From: the human T2T-CHM13v2.0 reference genome, Homo sapiens
Length of the DNA stretch: 64,000 nt
NCBI RefSeq assembly: GCF_009914755.1
Contig: NC_060925.1
Strand: one strand, 5' to 3'
The notes under the pieces are model-generated. The model saw nothing but the letters and a program-made list of their open reading frames with translations. It ran no database searches and had not been told where the DNA came from. The translations under genes were made by a program, and so were the position numbers. Positions 29,742-47,671 of the stretch are shown here, in pieces (within the stretch, counting starts at the first letter, position 1; each line of letters begins with the position of its first letter).

Positions 29742-32676
29742 GATTTAAAATGTCCTTCCTTTCCTGTCCTCCTGACCTTTAGGACTGTGCCTGCTGCCGG
29801 CCAGTCCCTCTTCGCTCGTGTTGATGCATCTGAATCAGGCTTACATAAAAAACATTGATTATTCTTTTCTTCAAAGGCCTAGGCATGAGGCTTGAGCTCT
29901 AATTATTTTTAGCTCAATTACTGTATCAATCTTATGCAAACAGAGTTTGATAATTATGAGGAAATAGAACTTTCATTTAACCAAATCATGTGGAACTGTA
30001 GGATATTATATATCATCTATTATGATTTTTAAAAGAAAACATGCCTACGATTTAATATTGCTCACAGTATTATTTTCTTCTCCCAGCCCAGAAAAGGAAA
30101 TCAGAATACATGACGTCCAAACTCCTCAAGCTCAATCTGATAATCTTGCTCACTCTCATCTTTCAGAGTGAAATAATCACAAATAGATCATTATGAAGTT
30201 TACATAAAATCATTCTTCATTTAAAAGAGAAATGGTATTAACCACCATCATCAACATAGTACACCCATATTAAATTATAAAATATTCAAAGATGTTTTCT
30301 TCAAGTAAAATAGCTCCAAACTATTAATATTGCCTGTTAAAACAAGACATTTGGGATCTCACATTTTAACGTACTAATTTGAATTAACAAATGCATTCAT
30401 ATGGTGATATGAGGATTCTTATAGACCCTGTTAAAGCTACATAATTATTTATTATCATTTCCTTATTTTTTGCTTATATTTCTGATTATTTTCTCTATAT
30501 TCCTCCAAATGTTAAGGACATATTTATTGTCAGCTTTCTCTTTCCCAGGTATTGGAGTTATAATCGTGCCACTATTCTCATGAGAATAGCTTCCCACTGG
30601 TAGATTCAGCGATGTAAAGTAAAAATTTATTTCATAATGTGGTAAAGAGAAATGTTAGCATGCTAAAATAGGATGGGATGAGAGTTTCCAGCAAGGCTCA
30701 GGATGTTGGGAAGGCTGTCCTGCTGGGCTGGCCCTTTAGCTATCTCATAAGGGATGAGTAAGCTTTCAGGTTAGTAGACTATAATACATGCTTTACAACC
30801 TAGGAAATAAACTACTTTGGAAAATTCTATTAGGATTATAGCAATGATAAAAAATTATATGTTATTAAATTGTCTTATATATAATTAATATAGTATTTAA
30901 AAATAAATCTACACGAAAATGTTTCAGATTAGTCCAGTACAACTAGCTTTTAATAAGTGTCAATCATGTATCAGGCACTGTAATAAAAATGAGGGGATAA
31001 AAAATGGGCTTTAAAGATCACAAACTGAAGGAACTGGAAAAGAACTTGTATTTTTGAGCTCCTAGTATGTATCATAAACTTCAGTTATAACATCTTTTTG
31101 CATTCAAAATACCTCTGTAATATGGACTTTCAAATCCTTTTTGCAGATTTAGCAATAGAGCACTGTGCAGACACACTACCAAACAGGGTGTGTTCTAAAG
31201 CTGATTGATGCCAAAATCTTTTGATTTCAAAGTAAATTTTGTTTTTATGTTGCTTTATCTCCTTATTTCTGAATTCACTGGGGATGCTGAAAGCAGCAGA
31301 AACACATTTAAGGAGCTTACCGTTGTTGGGTGAGAATACACATTTCTCTCATACATGTTACACTTTTAAATTCGCCTTAGTAGAAAAGGGATAGATGCTA
31401 TATTACTGCCTGTGAACTTTCATTTTCACTTTGGTCCAAACTGAAATAAAACAGAGTACAATCTAACTAGAAGAGTGATAGAGCAGAAGAGAGTAAAAAG
31501 TGAAAGAACGGAGACAATGAGAAATGTGATTAGTATAATTTTATCAAGAGATTTTAAGTGGGCAAACAGTTTGGCAATTGTCACAGCAAGTTCCAAAGCA
31601 TCACCAAGTGTCCTTCTATGAACACGTGTTTGAACCGCACTTGAGAGAGGATATTCATTTTCAGGAGAATATATATGAGGAAATTGCATTAAAAGATAAT
31701 TTCTAGGTGGAAATATGCTGAAATAAGCTTTACCAGGTTAGGAAGCATAAGTAGGCAAGTACATACTTAAAATAGTCTCTTCTATTATTGCGTACAATTT
31801 GCACATATGCAAACCAAAAATAAAAAGAAGACTATGGCTTGTTATTATTCACTATATTTGGTAAAACTGAAATACAAAAATTCCTAGGGGCTAATGAGTA
31901 TATCTGTAGATGTGATCCTCATTATTTAAATATTTCCTCAGATGCATAGAAAATCAGTAGAAGGAAATTTATTAATATGCTAAGGGTAGGAAACTGGTGA
32001 AATGACAGGTGATTTTAGTTTTTTTCTTTATATTTTTTTGTACTGCTCAAAACCTTGCAAGTCCATCCTTAAAATACAATTCACAGCTGTAACAACAGCT
32101 ACAAAGAAGCATGAAGCTGCACATTCCCCAAATCATAGCATGCCAGAGCAGACCATGCAGATATTCTGGTAGAGACATTTTATTCTCCTGTGAATAGGAA
32201 CAAGTGGAGAAACTTGTTTTTCTCCACTAAGTTAACTGCTCTTTTTTCCATCAAAACAGGCACATTGATAATTTGCACTTTCACAAAGCAGTTTTTCCAG
32301 ACCCACTGTTGTCCCAAATAGTGGATCATGCTAATTCTGGCTTTGGAGCCTTTAACTGTTTAGAAAAATCTGAAGTCGCCTACTCATTCGCAAGATAAAC
32401 TATTCCAATCACACGTCTCAATTTAGATATTATTAATCCTCTTGACTCACCACTTCTGTGTTTGTTGCTTCTAGTATGTTTGCCTATATTACCTCACACT
32501 GCTCTGCTCAGAGCACACTATATCTTGATGACATTGATTTTGTTAAAATTTGAAGTAATTATCTTCCCTACTAGATTGTAAGTTTCATGAGAAATTACAT
32601 ATAATATATTATGTATATATTATATAAATATATGTATATAGAGAACTTTTCTGGGAAAGCAGATTTTCAATTTGGA

Positions 32677-33935
<1,259 letters not shown>

Positions 33936-34344
33936 ACAAGTTCAGAAAGACACTGATAAATGAACAATATACCATGTCCACAGATTGGAAGAATTAATAT
34001 TGTTAAAATATCCATACAACCCAAATCAATATACACATGAAGCAAAATACATATTGAATGATTTCCCTATAAATTCCAATGACATTTTTCACAGAAATAG
34101 AAAAATGCAATCCTAAACTTTGTATGGAATCACAAAAGACCAGAAATAGTCAAAGTGATCTTGGAAGTAAATTAAAAAAGTTTGAAAGCATCACATTTCC
34201 TGATATTAAATTATATTACAAAGGTATAGTGTTTAAGACAGTATGATACTGGCATAAAAAAGGACACCTAAACCAATGCAATGAAATAGAAAGCCCAGAA
34301 GTAAACTCAAGCACATACAGCGAACTAATTTCCAACAAGGTCAT

Positions 34345-34722
34345 TTATATGGCTTGGTTCTCTGTCCCCATCCAAATCTCACCTCAAATTGTAATCCCCA
34401 TAATCCCCACATGTCAAGGATGGGACAAGGTGGAGGCAATCATATCACAGGGGCAGTTTCCTCCATGCTGTTCCGGTGACAGTGAGTGATTCTCGGGAGA
34501 TCTGATGGTTTTATAAGCATCTCGCATTTCCCTTGCTTGCACTCACTCCATCCTGCCACCCTTTGAAGAAGGTTCCTGCTTCTCCTTTGCCTTCTGCCAT
34601 GATTGTAAGTTTCCTGAGACCTCCCCAGCAATGTGGAACTATGAGTCAATTAAACCTCTTTCCTTTATAAGTTACCCAGTCTCGGGTATTTCTTTATAGC
34701 AGTGTAAGAACAGACTAATACA
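34345..34722 (+). mobile_element. THE1D-like solo LTR
   Basis: atatggcttggttctctgtccccatccaaatctc...ccatgattgtaagtttcctgag...gagtcaattaaacctcttt...gactaataca. Confidence 0.9.
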
Positions 34723-35191
34723 CTCACCAATAAAACACAATGAGGAAAGAATAGTCTTTTCGATAAATGATGTTGAGTGAACTGAATATCCACATGCAAA
34801 GAAATGAAACTGGACCCTTATCTTACACTAGACACAAAAATCAACTTAAAAAAGATTAAAAACCTAAACATAAAACCTGAAACCATGAAATTCCTACAAG
34901 TAGACTAGGGGAAAAGCTTCTTGATATTGCTGTTGGCAATATTTTTTTTGTCTTATCACACCAAAAGCTCAGGTAACAAAAGCAAAAAATAAAAATAAAA
35001 ATAAAATAGAAATAAACTGGGCCTATATCTAACTAGAAAGCTTCTTTGAAGCATGGACAATAATCAACAAGAACAAAAAGGCAGCCCATATATCTGAAAA
35101 GGGGTGAATATCCAAAATATAGAAGGAATTCACACAACTCTATAGCAAAAGGACAAATAACTCCATTAAAAATGTGGAAAAAAAAAAAAAA

Positions 35192-35487
35192 GACTGGGAG
35201 AGGTGGCTCACACCTGTAATCCCAGCATTTTGGGAGGCCGAGGCAGGTGGATCACCTGAGGTCAGGAGTTCGAGACCAGCCTGGCCAACATGGCAAAACC
35301 CCATCTCTACCAAAAATACAAAAAATTTGCCGGGCATGGTGGCAGGTGCCTGTAATCCCAGCTACTCGGGAGACTGAAGCAAGAGAATCGCTTGAACCCA
35401 GGAGATGGAGGTTTCAGTGAGCCGAGATCACACCGCTGCACTCCAGCCTGGACGACAAGAGTGGAACTCCCTCTCAAAGAAAAAAAA
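35192..35487 (+). mobile_element. AluSq/Sx-like
   Basis: cacctgaggtcaggagttcgag; acaagagtggaactcc; TSD aaaaatgtg(g)aaaaaa. Confidence 0.93.
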
Positions 35488-36729
35488 TGTGAAAAAAACC
35501 TGTATAGATAATTTTCTCAAGAAATTGACACACATGTTTTTTATGCACAGAGAAAAGGTAGCTTGGGGAACAAAAAAAGATTTCTAGAAGGAAAGAACCA
35601 CATGTTCAAATTCATGCAAGAATGAAATATCTCTGCTATCCACATGATTTGCTCTTGCATGCTACAGTTCGGTAAGTGTGCAGCTTCAGAGTTATAAAAA
35701 ATATATTTACATATATATTTGTATGTATATATGTGTGTGTGTGTGTATTTGCGTAGGTATTTGTTGAATTATAGCATAATAAATTACCAGAAAACTTGTA
35801 ATTGCTATCATAAAGAATGAGAGAGAATTTTGACTAGAGGGGAAATAGAATACTGTTTTGCAGTTGGTGGTGGGTACAGACCATGGATTACAGTGGCTCC
35901 AGTCTTAATGATTGTCTAAGTGTTTCCAACGCCTGGAATACAGATGTCAGGAAGGAAAACTGCACAGCAGAGGTAAAGTTAGTTAACTGAAAGTAAATAT
36001 ATCAAAATGAGATATGGGCTTAAAGTGCATTTGAATGGAAATCTATTTATATTAACTGTTAGGAAACAAATAGCATATTAAGGAATGAATCACCCATGGG
36101 CTCAAAAACAGATAAAATAGTGTTGTATTAAATACCTGAAGAGGTGGTTTTCTACTGGGAATTTACTAAAATCTAGAAATAGAAATAAAGAGTGGTGGTG
36201 TTGATGCAGAGGTTGAATTTTGGAGGGCAATTGTGAGAGAACAACAAACAGGGCAAGAGAGTTGAGCATATTGGAAGACCAATCTATTTAACATTATCCT
36301 TGTGTTATTTTCACCTCTATGAAAATGCTTTCCCAGTCTCTCTTCTGGGTTCACTTTTCTCCACCCATCTTAAATATTGACAATTGCTATCCATTGTTTG
36401 TTTCTGTCTTTGTATTTCATGTTGGACTATGGCTTATTGAGAATCTGAATGTTTTACATGTCTGTATTTTATTAATCATTGACAACAATACAAGGATTTT
36501 TTTAATGTTGTAAAAGAAAAGAGGAAAGATAGCTAAAGTGTGGCCATTGAGAGAGAAATAGAGAGAGAGAGAGAGACTGCAAGTGATAGTTCCCAAGTAA
36601 TGATTAAAAGGAATGGGTTTGGAGATTACACAGCTTTACAAAGCTAAAGGCGGAATTAGCTTTGATACTTATTACAATAGTAATATAAATGAGGACAAGT
36701 TATTTTGGCTTATTAAACAAATTTCTAAT

Positions 36730-36850
36730 TTTTAAATGACGATGATGTATATCATAGAATAAGTATGATAATTAAATGAGATAAAATATCTAAAACAATC
36801 AACCTAGGGCCTGAAACCTGGAGCACTTGGTAAAATGCAGTTATCAGTAT
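36730..36850 (+). mobile_element. MIR relic
   Basis: gataattaaatgagataaaatatctaaaac...gggcctgaaacctggagcact. Confidence 0.55.
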
Positions 36851-36984
36851 TACAATTACATATTTGTGGTTATGATTTTTGTGTCTATTGTCTGAGGCTA
36901 ATGTGTTCTTAACAAGATAAGTATGAGATTATACCTAAACTGCAGCAAGATAGAGATACAAATTAATGGCTGAATAAAATAAAT

Positions 36985-37835
36985 TAGTTCATTTTAAAAA
37001 TATGTACTGAGCCTACAATGCACACAGCATCAGGCAATGTTTTACACAGCATTGAGTATAAAGGTTAAAAAGCACATGTAATATTTTTATTTATTCATTA
37101 ATACATACTTATTGCAAATACTATGTGGAAGTTACTACATCAGAATATGAATACCAAGTGGTAGGTTTTTAAGGAGCTCTTATCAAGCTAACAGTCTCAT
37201 CTGGGAAGGAAGCACTAAATAGAACAGCAAACACAAAAAATTGTAATTTGAAAATAAGCTTAAATATCTGAAGTAAAATAAATGACTGCTAAGAGATGAA
37301 AAAAATTCTAGGCCCTTTCTAAGAAAGGTATATTTTAGTTGATATTTGGAAGATGAAAAAGATAAAAGTAGGTGATAATTAGAAGGAGAATATTTCAGAC
37401 AGAAGAAACTGGATAATCAAGTACCTTAAAGTAAGAAGAGATCACAGAAACAGAAAGACAGCCTGTGTTGCTGGAGCATGGAGAGTTAAAAGGAAGTAGC
37501 TCAGAATAGACTGTGTAGATACAGACTGAAACAGCTTATTATCTTATAACCAAGGCTATAAAATGAGAAATGGAGTGACAAGAATCATTTATTACCAAAT
37601 ATGTATTGCATGTTTATATATGCTATACATTTTGTAGGAATCAGGGACAAAATGATCAGCTCCAAAAAGCTAACCGAATAAACAAGCAAATTATATGATA
37701 CATGAGATGACGGTAATGAGCAGTACAGAAAAGGAAAAATGGAAAGGGGGTAAGGAGCTCCATTTGGATGGATGAGTAGGCTTGGGAATATTGCAATTTT
37801 AAACAGGAAAGTACGATAGGCTAACTGAAAATGTG
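36985..37835 (-). mobile_element. L2 fragments
   Basis: Several ttcatt...aatatgtactgagcctac / catacttattgcaaatactatgtg L2 3'-end motifs. Confidence 0.55.
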
Positions 37836-38119
37836 ATGTTTATTCTGCTTTTGCTGTTTAAACATTTTTAAACCTGTTTTTAAAGAAATGTATGCTCATA
37901 GTAAGCATAAAATATGTCTTTTAATTTTTATTCATGGTATTATTCCATACACTCACACATATTCTATTCTTCAGATTAAGCCATTGCCATGAATTCTTTT
38001 TATCTTTGCAGAATTTTTTATAGTACAATATTTCTACTTTTGTTGTTTTCAATTATAATATATCTAGGAATCTCCCCATTTAAGAACATATATCACTTTC
38101 TTATTCTTTTTTATTGTAA

Positions 38120-38509
<390 letters not shown>

Positions 38510-41183
38510 TAAGGAAGGTGTTGTATACATATCTTTGGAAAATATGTGATTAATTAGAAAGTGGAATTTAGGGGTAAAATAATTCATATTACAAGAATTA
38601 ATTTTGATAGAAAACTCCAGACTGTTCTTCTAAATGGCAGTGTCAATCCAATGTCAAACAACAACAGTATGTGGAGGTGATAGATTCTTATTCTCACCAA
38701 CACTTCCAGATAATCACCTTTTATAATTTTCCAATATGACTAAAATAGTATCTCAATATAGTTTTTATTTATATGTCTTGAATTATTAGTGTATTTTTCA
38801 TTATTATTAGTTAGTAGTATTCATTTTCAGACCATTGTTCCCTTGACATATTGCAATCTCTCTGTTTATTAAAGAAACTAGACTTTGTGGAATGTGTCAA
38901 AATCATTTTCTGAATATTCATAGTTTCTTTTTTTGTTATTTACGGTATCTTTCATTAAACAGATATTTTAGTTTGGAGATAGTAAAAATCAGTGTTTTCC
39001 TTTATAGCTTTTGATTTTGAGACTTGATGGCTTTTGTTTAGCAATATCTTCCCATTCCGACTTTATAAAATATTTATCCACCATTTCTTGATGCATGGTT
39101 CAATTTTTCATGCTTCAATCATTCTTACCTAAAAATTTGGTTCAAGTTTTTTGTTTTTAAATAAGGTAACATAGCATTCATATTTTGTTCCAAATACTAA
39201 TCAGTTATTATAATTCTTTCGTTCAATAACCTGTTCATTTTCGAGTAATTTAAAATGTCAACAATTTTTATTACATAAAATTTCCAAATGTAATTGCATT
39301 TATTTTTTAAAACTATATTAAACTTGTATGTATGTGCTTGACTGTTCTTGCTTAAGATCTTATTATTTTCATTCATGTCACTTTGTAATGTTTATTTTAT
39401 AATCAAATAAGGCTCATAGCCCCTTATTGTCCATTTTCATAATAATTCTGGTCTCTTCGTATATTTTTAGGCATTTTTCAGATTAAATAAAGGATACCTT
39501 TGTTACTTTGACCAGGATTATATTAAACTAATCTATTTCAGGAAGCATAATGTCTCCACAATATTTTTTAAGTTATCTTTATAAAAAGCTTTGTATATTT
39601 ATGATTGTCAGCCTTGGGTTTATCTATTCATTGCTATTATAAATATTCTCTTTTCTATCACTTTATTTTATTATATTGTATTTTCTTGTTTGAAGAATGT
39701 AAGCTTCTTGGGATATGTATAGCATATGTATATTAACATTATATACCGACATTTTATTAATTTATTTTTTTCAAAAAGTAACTTTATATTTATAACTGAG
39801 TAATAAGCTACAAAACCATAGCTATAGTTTGAAAAAATAGCCATTTGAGTTAAAAAAATTGACTGTATTACATCCTATGCTCACACACTTACTAAATACT
39901 AAATACTGAAAACAGTAAAAGTTATCCATCTAATTTTAGATACCCCAAAATGATTTAATCATCTTAGTGACCATTTATCTGTTTGTATTTAAAACATTAA
40001 AAATGGTATTTTAACTTCACATACTGAAATCTTAAAACATTAAATGAATAACTCAAATAATCTGCCACCATTTATCTTGCATTTTATGTTCAGATACTAT
40101 TGTCTTGTGCTGGTCTTTTTATCCTCCCTCATACATTAGTCCTATTTTTATGCTGTCGGACAAAGTTAAAACTGTGATGTGTCACTGTAGATCAACATAC
40201 ATAATGAACCTTAAAATGTGACTGACTCTAAAATCCACCACTTTAAGCTAATTGTTCTCCCTATTATCATTAAACAAAAATTGCATGTGTAAATAACTGG
40301 GCTACTCATTAATATAAATCAGGGAACTTCAGTGTAGGACTAGGACTTAGAGTCTAAACCCCAAACTTGCTAAATTGAGGATAAAGAGACACAAAAGTGT
40401 TAAATGTCTTGTTCAAGGTCACATGGCAAATCCACAGCCTGTTAGGTTTTATTAAAATCTTTCTATAATCACAGAAATTTTTTATATTTAATTTTAATTT
40501 ACCAAAATGCCTTCTTAACTAAAAATATTTTGATTGGATTTTGTGGTTCAAAACATATAATTTGTAAACATTTATTGTGTTTAGGAATGCTGTTAAGAGT
40601 GACGACTACAATTAATTATTTTTTGGAGTGCTAAGAAAGGTAACTTGCTCAAGGGAGTTTTTGTAATTTTCATGTGAATATTGATAAATAAAGTGCCTTC
40701 CAATCATTGCAAAATGTTTCCTGAGAGATTCCAAGTTACATTCATGTTGTATAACAGATGATAGAAATTAGAATTAATATGGAAGGGAGTATACAAAGCA
40801 TTGTAATATTATCTTCCAAGATTGTAATAACTTATTCATTTCCTTTATCTTTATCATATGAATCAAATGCACTGGAGAGCATTTTGCCAAGATGTCCTTT
40901 TGTCAGTTTAATTCTCATTATCTTGAAGGCATGTCTTAATAACAAAACATTCTTTATGTCTTATTTCTGGTAATATCTTTTCATTTTCTAAATAGTTTTC
41001 TGATGTTACAGAGAAATAGAAAATTCATGTAAGAAAAACATTTGTTGCTATTGTTTAGAAATAAATAACCTATATTGTGTCAATTTGAAGCCCACAAAAA
41101 TGAATAGGGCCCATAATTTTGACATTTTTGAATTATTTTTAAGGTCACAAGCATATTAAACACTGTTGAAACATGTAAGAACA

Positions 41184-41226
41184 TATATATATATATTCTT
41201 ATATATATAACATATATATGTATAGA

Positions 41227-41269
<43 letters not shown>
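41184..41269. repeat. (TA)n microsatellite
   Basis: Direct sequence. Confidence 0.85.
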
Positions 41270-41272
<3 letters not shown>

Positions 41273-41679
41273 ACCATTAGATAACTTATTTCAAGATGTT
41301 TTCCAAGTTTTTGTCCAAAGTGAATTGACTGCAGTTTCTTAGGTGTGTTTCTCAATACAGTGCCTCAAATTTCTTAAGCATATAAAAATTTGAATATTGT
41401 TTAACCTAATAAGTTCCTTTGTTTACAGGTTGTTTAATATTTCTGAGGATTAAAGATATCACAGCCCTCTTTAATTTTCAGTAATATTTATAACATCTGA
41501 TATATATAGGGTGTCACAGACTGCAACAAATTCAGAAAAAAAAATGTTAAAAATTAAATAGCTCTAAAATAGGAAACCAAACCCAGGTTCTAAGCTTTAC
41601 GTTAGCAGGGAAACTGTTAAATATCACGATCCACCACAAAACTGCATCAGTGACTAGGCATAAGGTAGGAAGAATGACA

Positions 41680-41880
41680 GGATGGTTAAGAGAAGGGTTA
41701 TGGGGCCTAACTCTATGTGAACACAAATTTTTTGAACTGCATTGTGCCTCATTTTATCCATCTTTACAGTGGAAATAGTACTTAGAATTCTCATGAGGAT
41801 TAATTTAGTTTGTACATATATGCTCTTTGATCAATGACTGGGTTCACTATAAGTGTCTATAAGATATTTGACTATTGTAT
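41680..41880 (+). mobile_element. MIR relic
   Basis: tgtgcctcattttatccatctttacagtggaaatagtac...atgaggattaa. Confidence 0.6.
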
Positions 41881-42449
41881 GCATTCAATGAGTGAGTCTG
41901 ATTTGAAGTACAGTGGTGTTTTTTTCCACTAAGTTACATATTAACTCTGCAGCAAATATTTAAGATTTTACAAAATATCTTAGTTGTTCTGCAAGGTTAT
42001 TATCTCCTTCAGTAATCAACCTGAGTCTCAATCAAATAAGTTCAGGGGATAGTCAGTTTTTATTAATAGAGGCTGGGGATGAAATGATAAGATTACTGGC
42101 TCAAGATTTACCAACTAAAGGCTTTCAAGTTCTAAAAGTTTCAGTCAATTTGCCTATACACAGACATAACACCTCGAACTCAGCCCATGGTCAGAGGTAT
42201 AAAACTCCAAAGTTTTTCAGGAAGAAATAACAATAACTTAATGCAGAAGATCAAAATAGTTGTTACCAAGAAATGCTTTGAGTGAAAAACATTTATTTTA
42301 TGTAAACTCAGCTACATTCTCCTAGTATTCATGATATAACTTGTGTGATTAGATGAAGTTTAGATGGCCTAGAATTAATCACCTGCCAGAATAGCGTAGT
42401 GAGCATATGAAGATTTTTCCATCAATTTGACCTGGTTTCATTCCTAATC

Positions 42450-42620
42450 CTATCACTTACTAACTGTGGTATCCTGATTTTTTTAAAACATTTTTGAACT
42501 ACAGTTTCCTCATATGTGAAAAAAGAAAAATTATTGATGTTCACCTCATTGTGAGGATGAAAGAGATAATAAATACAAATTTCATATTTCAGTGCCTGAC
42601 AAATGAGTGACAACAAATTG
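42450..42620 (+). mobile_element. MIR relic
   Basis: cagtttcctcatatgtgaaaa...cacctcattgtgaggatgaaagagataat...cagtgcctgac. Confidence 0.65.
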
Positions 42621-43213
42621 TGGCTTATTAGACCAGTTTTTTTGGCATAAATAGACAATGATATTTATTAGTGATCTCATGTTCAATAAGTTTCTCTTTT
42701 ATATTTCTCTCCAATTGCTTAAAGTTTATGGTAATGTTACAACTATGTCCTTCTAAAATTTCTCATTAGAGTACTTTTACTGTTAGGCAGGCTTTAAATT
42801 GATATAAAATTTAAGAAGTGATTTCAGTTTAACTGAAATCATATCGAATGAGTGACTAGTCATGAAATATATAAAGATTTGTGTCCAGGAACAAAAGAAT
42901 TCTAAAATGCCTGTATTTCTTAAGGTAATATTATGTTTACGGAGTATACTAATCGACTTGTATATCTATCCCGTAACAGTATCATGATTTTATTTTCTAA
43001 AATTAATATTGTTGTGTGAAAATAATTTATGTGACATCCTTGTACAAAAACTTAGGTTAAATATTTTACTGTGTAATGTAGTGTTTTATCTAGGACTTTA
43101 CTAACACCCATAATTCTAAGTTACTTTAAAGAGGTTGGATAATTATGCACATTTGTAGAGAAGAGCAAATTGACTTGAATCCCTTGCAAAGGAACATAGT
43201 TTAGCATAGGACT

Positions 43214-43315
43214 TGTAAGGAAAGAGTTATGCTACTGTTAGAAAGCTGTAAGGAAAGAGTTATGCTACTGTTAGAAAGCTGTAAGGAAAGAGTTATGCTA
43301 CTGTTAGAAAGCTGT
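43214..43315. repeat. 33-bp minisatellite, three perfect copies
   Basis: tgtaaggaaagagttatgctactgttagaaagc x3, followed by tgt. Confidence 0.97.
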
Positions 43316-44077
43316 TATGATTATCGCAGTTGGATATGGTATCTGAGCAGTACGTTTCAGACTTTGCAGTGAGAAGAATAGCACTGAGATATATGATTTT
43401 TAAAGGTAAAATAAGGTGTCTGGAATGGTTCAGAACTGTGATTCAGATAATGCAATTTGTGGAGTTAGGAGACCTCCTGTTCTAGTTGCTCTGGGCTGAC
43501 AAAGGTTCCTGAGCAAAGATTCTGGAAAAATTTATATAGATGCTAGTGTATTTACCATATTTTAGTAGGTAAGAACTCAAATGCTTGTTTTCAACTGGTC
43601 AAATATGTGGATGCCATAGTTTTCTGCATTAGAGGCACCACAATTGGATGTTTTGTGTAAAAATCTGAAAAAAATATAATATACTGTAAAATAAATCTTT
43701 TACAGTAAAACTTTATTCTCTCCCAAAGAACTCAGTGAATCTTTATTGTCTTTTGAGCACCCAGATATCATCCCATTATTTCGTCCCTGACAAAAAATTG
43801 TATTCTTTTTCAATCCAAAATGCCCAGGAGTCTAAAGTAGCTGCAGCTTCCTTGTGGTCAACAATAGGGCATCTCTCCTAGAAAAGGGATAGTATTCATT
43901 TTTTTCTTTTTTCCTGATGTGGAAATTGTTAGTGCATTGTGACATCCAAATATAATTATATTTAATATTTTTTGTGAGAGTAAATGAATTTATATTAAAC
44001 AAACAATCTTCTGAACAAATTTTTTCTGAACAAATATGGATCAAGCAGGAAATACATAGATTTACATACCCTCTTCT

Positions 44078-45632
<1,555 letters not shown>

Positions 45633-47359
45633 TACATACCCTCTTCTATGTTACCATATATGTGGCTTTTAAAAAATATAGAAATATATATATTATAAAA
45701 GATAAATATATAGAGTGAGAGATATAGAGAGAAAGGAGGGAGAAAGTCAGAGAGAGTGTGTGTGGCATGACATCTTAAGCTAACACATTCTTCTGAGGAG
45801 AAGATTATTTAGTTAATGATTTATTTAGTGTTACAAATAATTCTGGAATGACTGACAGAACCTTTCTAGTCTTCTTTTTCTTAATAGGGCAAACCTTCAG
45901 GGGTTCCTGCTTTGTGCCTCAGCCTAATTATTAGCTGCTTGATATTCTTGTTCCTTCAAATAAGAGGCCTACATTAAAGTATGACTCTATATAAACCACT
46001 GTGGCAAGCTTCTAAGCGTATTTGTTTATTTTATTTTTCTATTCTATCATTGCTTTCTAGTATCCTTGGTGTGTGTGTGAGTGACTGTGTTTCTATGCTT
46101 GATATCTTTATTAACACTCAAAAACTTACTCAGGGTAAGTTATTCTAGGTTTAAAAAATATTCTAGGTTTAAAAATAAAAATAAATAAGAGTTTAACTGG
46201 AAATAATGCTTCTAGCCGCTAAACTAATCTGTTTTTTTTTCTTTTTTTAAGCAACCCCATAAGGCAGATCCTACGAGTATACTCATTTTGTAACTAGGAA
46301 GTGGAAAAGTAAAGTGTTTTGGTAATTTACCTTTGGTCACACAGGTAACCCATTGTAGCACCTATAGAGAAGGAAAGACATGCTCTCAGCCATCCCCCAG
46401 TGTAGGGTAAACTTCCCTCCCTTCTCTTTCAAGGCTATGATGAGAATGACTATATTATTGATCCTTGTTAACTCCTAAATTTGTCTCCCATTCCTCCCTC
46501 CAGCAACTGAATCTCAGGGAAAAAAAAAAAAATGCAAGAAAAAAATGTTGGGAATTGGGGGATGACAGGCCAGATCATAGACATTTTAGTAAAATGGTTC
46601 TCAAATATGTGTTAAAAATTAAAACAGAATGTGCAAAATTTAGGAGGAGGCCAGTCACTTAAACTCATCAAATGTCTGCAGTATAAAAACATAAAATTGT
46701 GAGATTGCCATAGTAACGTGTTTTATTTTCTGTGTGTAGATAGCTCAAGTAACTCTCAGAAGTTGTTTAAAATGATAGAAGTAGATGTGCAGACAACTTC
46801 TCTTTGAATGAAAACAATAATCTTGTAGAAAAACTGTCTTTTTGATACTTGAATGCCGGGTAGTCATGTAACGACATGCTAGCATACAGATTAAGTATCT
46901 AAGATGTTTCTCTTTGGAAGATTTGAGAAGCTCATCTGCAAAATTTTGTGAAGTGACCTGAACAATTAAGAAGATAAAACACAAAATGATTTTCCCCATT
47001 GAATTCTCACTTACAGATCTTTGGAACACAGGCTATTTATGGACTAGTTGTTAAAAGTGTGCTATATCAGCACTTATATAATAACAGTTCAAGCACAAAT
47101 ATTCACATTGGTTTAAAGTTACACATTACCCTGTTTATTTCAACTGGAAATGTGTTCATTTTACATAAAGGGGTTTCAAAAGAATTACATCTGTGTAGTT
47201 CAGAAACTTGTGATTCTCTGTCTTAAGTCATCTCAACACTTTAAATTTCAGTTAAATTTATATTAAAATTATGTGGCAACTAATTCTAATAGCAAGAATA
47301 TACAAAATATGCCTTCAAAAACCTGTGTAGTGATATTTACCTTAAAGAAGTATTGAGTT

Positions 47360-47671
<312 letters not shown>

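Larger units (their letters stand above)
33936..35533 (+). mobile_element. Inverted 5' ORF2 segment of the same L1MA
   Basis: gattggaagaattaatattgttaaaat...gaaactggacccttatc...; ends where the minus segment begins in L1 coordinates. Confidence 0.8.

Noticed and set aside
30572-30589. 18-bp perfect palindrome ctattctcatgagaatag
   Set aside because: About one such palindrome is expected by chance in 64 kb of AT-rich DNA.
30530-30605. Possible cassette exon (pyrimidine tract, cag acceptor, gtagat donor)
   Set aside because: Weak donor, no partner exons or coding signal; such motifs are common.
31426-31689. 87-aa minus-strand ORF with a hydrophobic, TM-like stretch
   Set aside because: Hydrophobicity follows from the T-rich strand; no homology, promoter or splice evidence; this length is expected by chance.
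43214-43315. CRISPR-like 33-bp repeats
   Set aside because: No spacers, head-to-tail copies, primate context, no cas genes.
46141-46175. 18-bp tandem duplication tattctaggtttaaaaaa
   Set aside because: Real, but ordinary slippage next to an A-tract.
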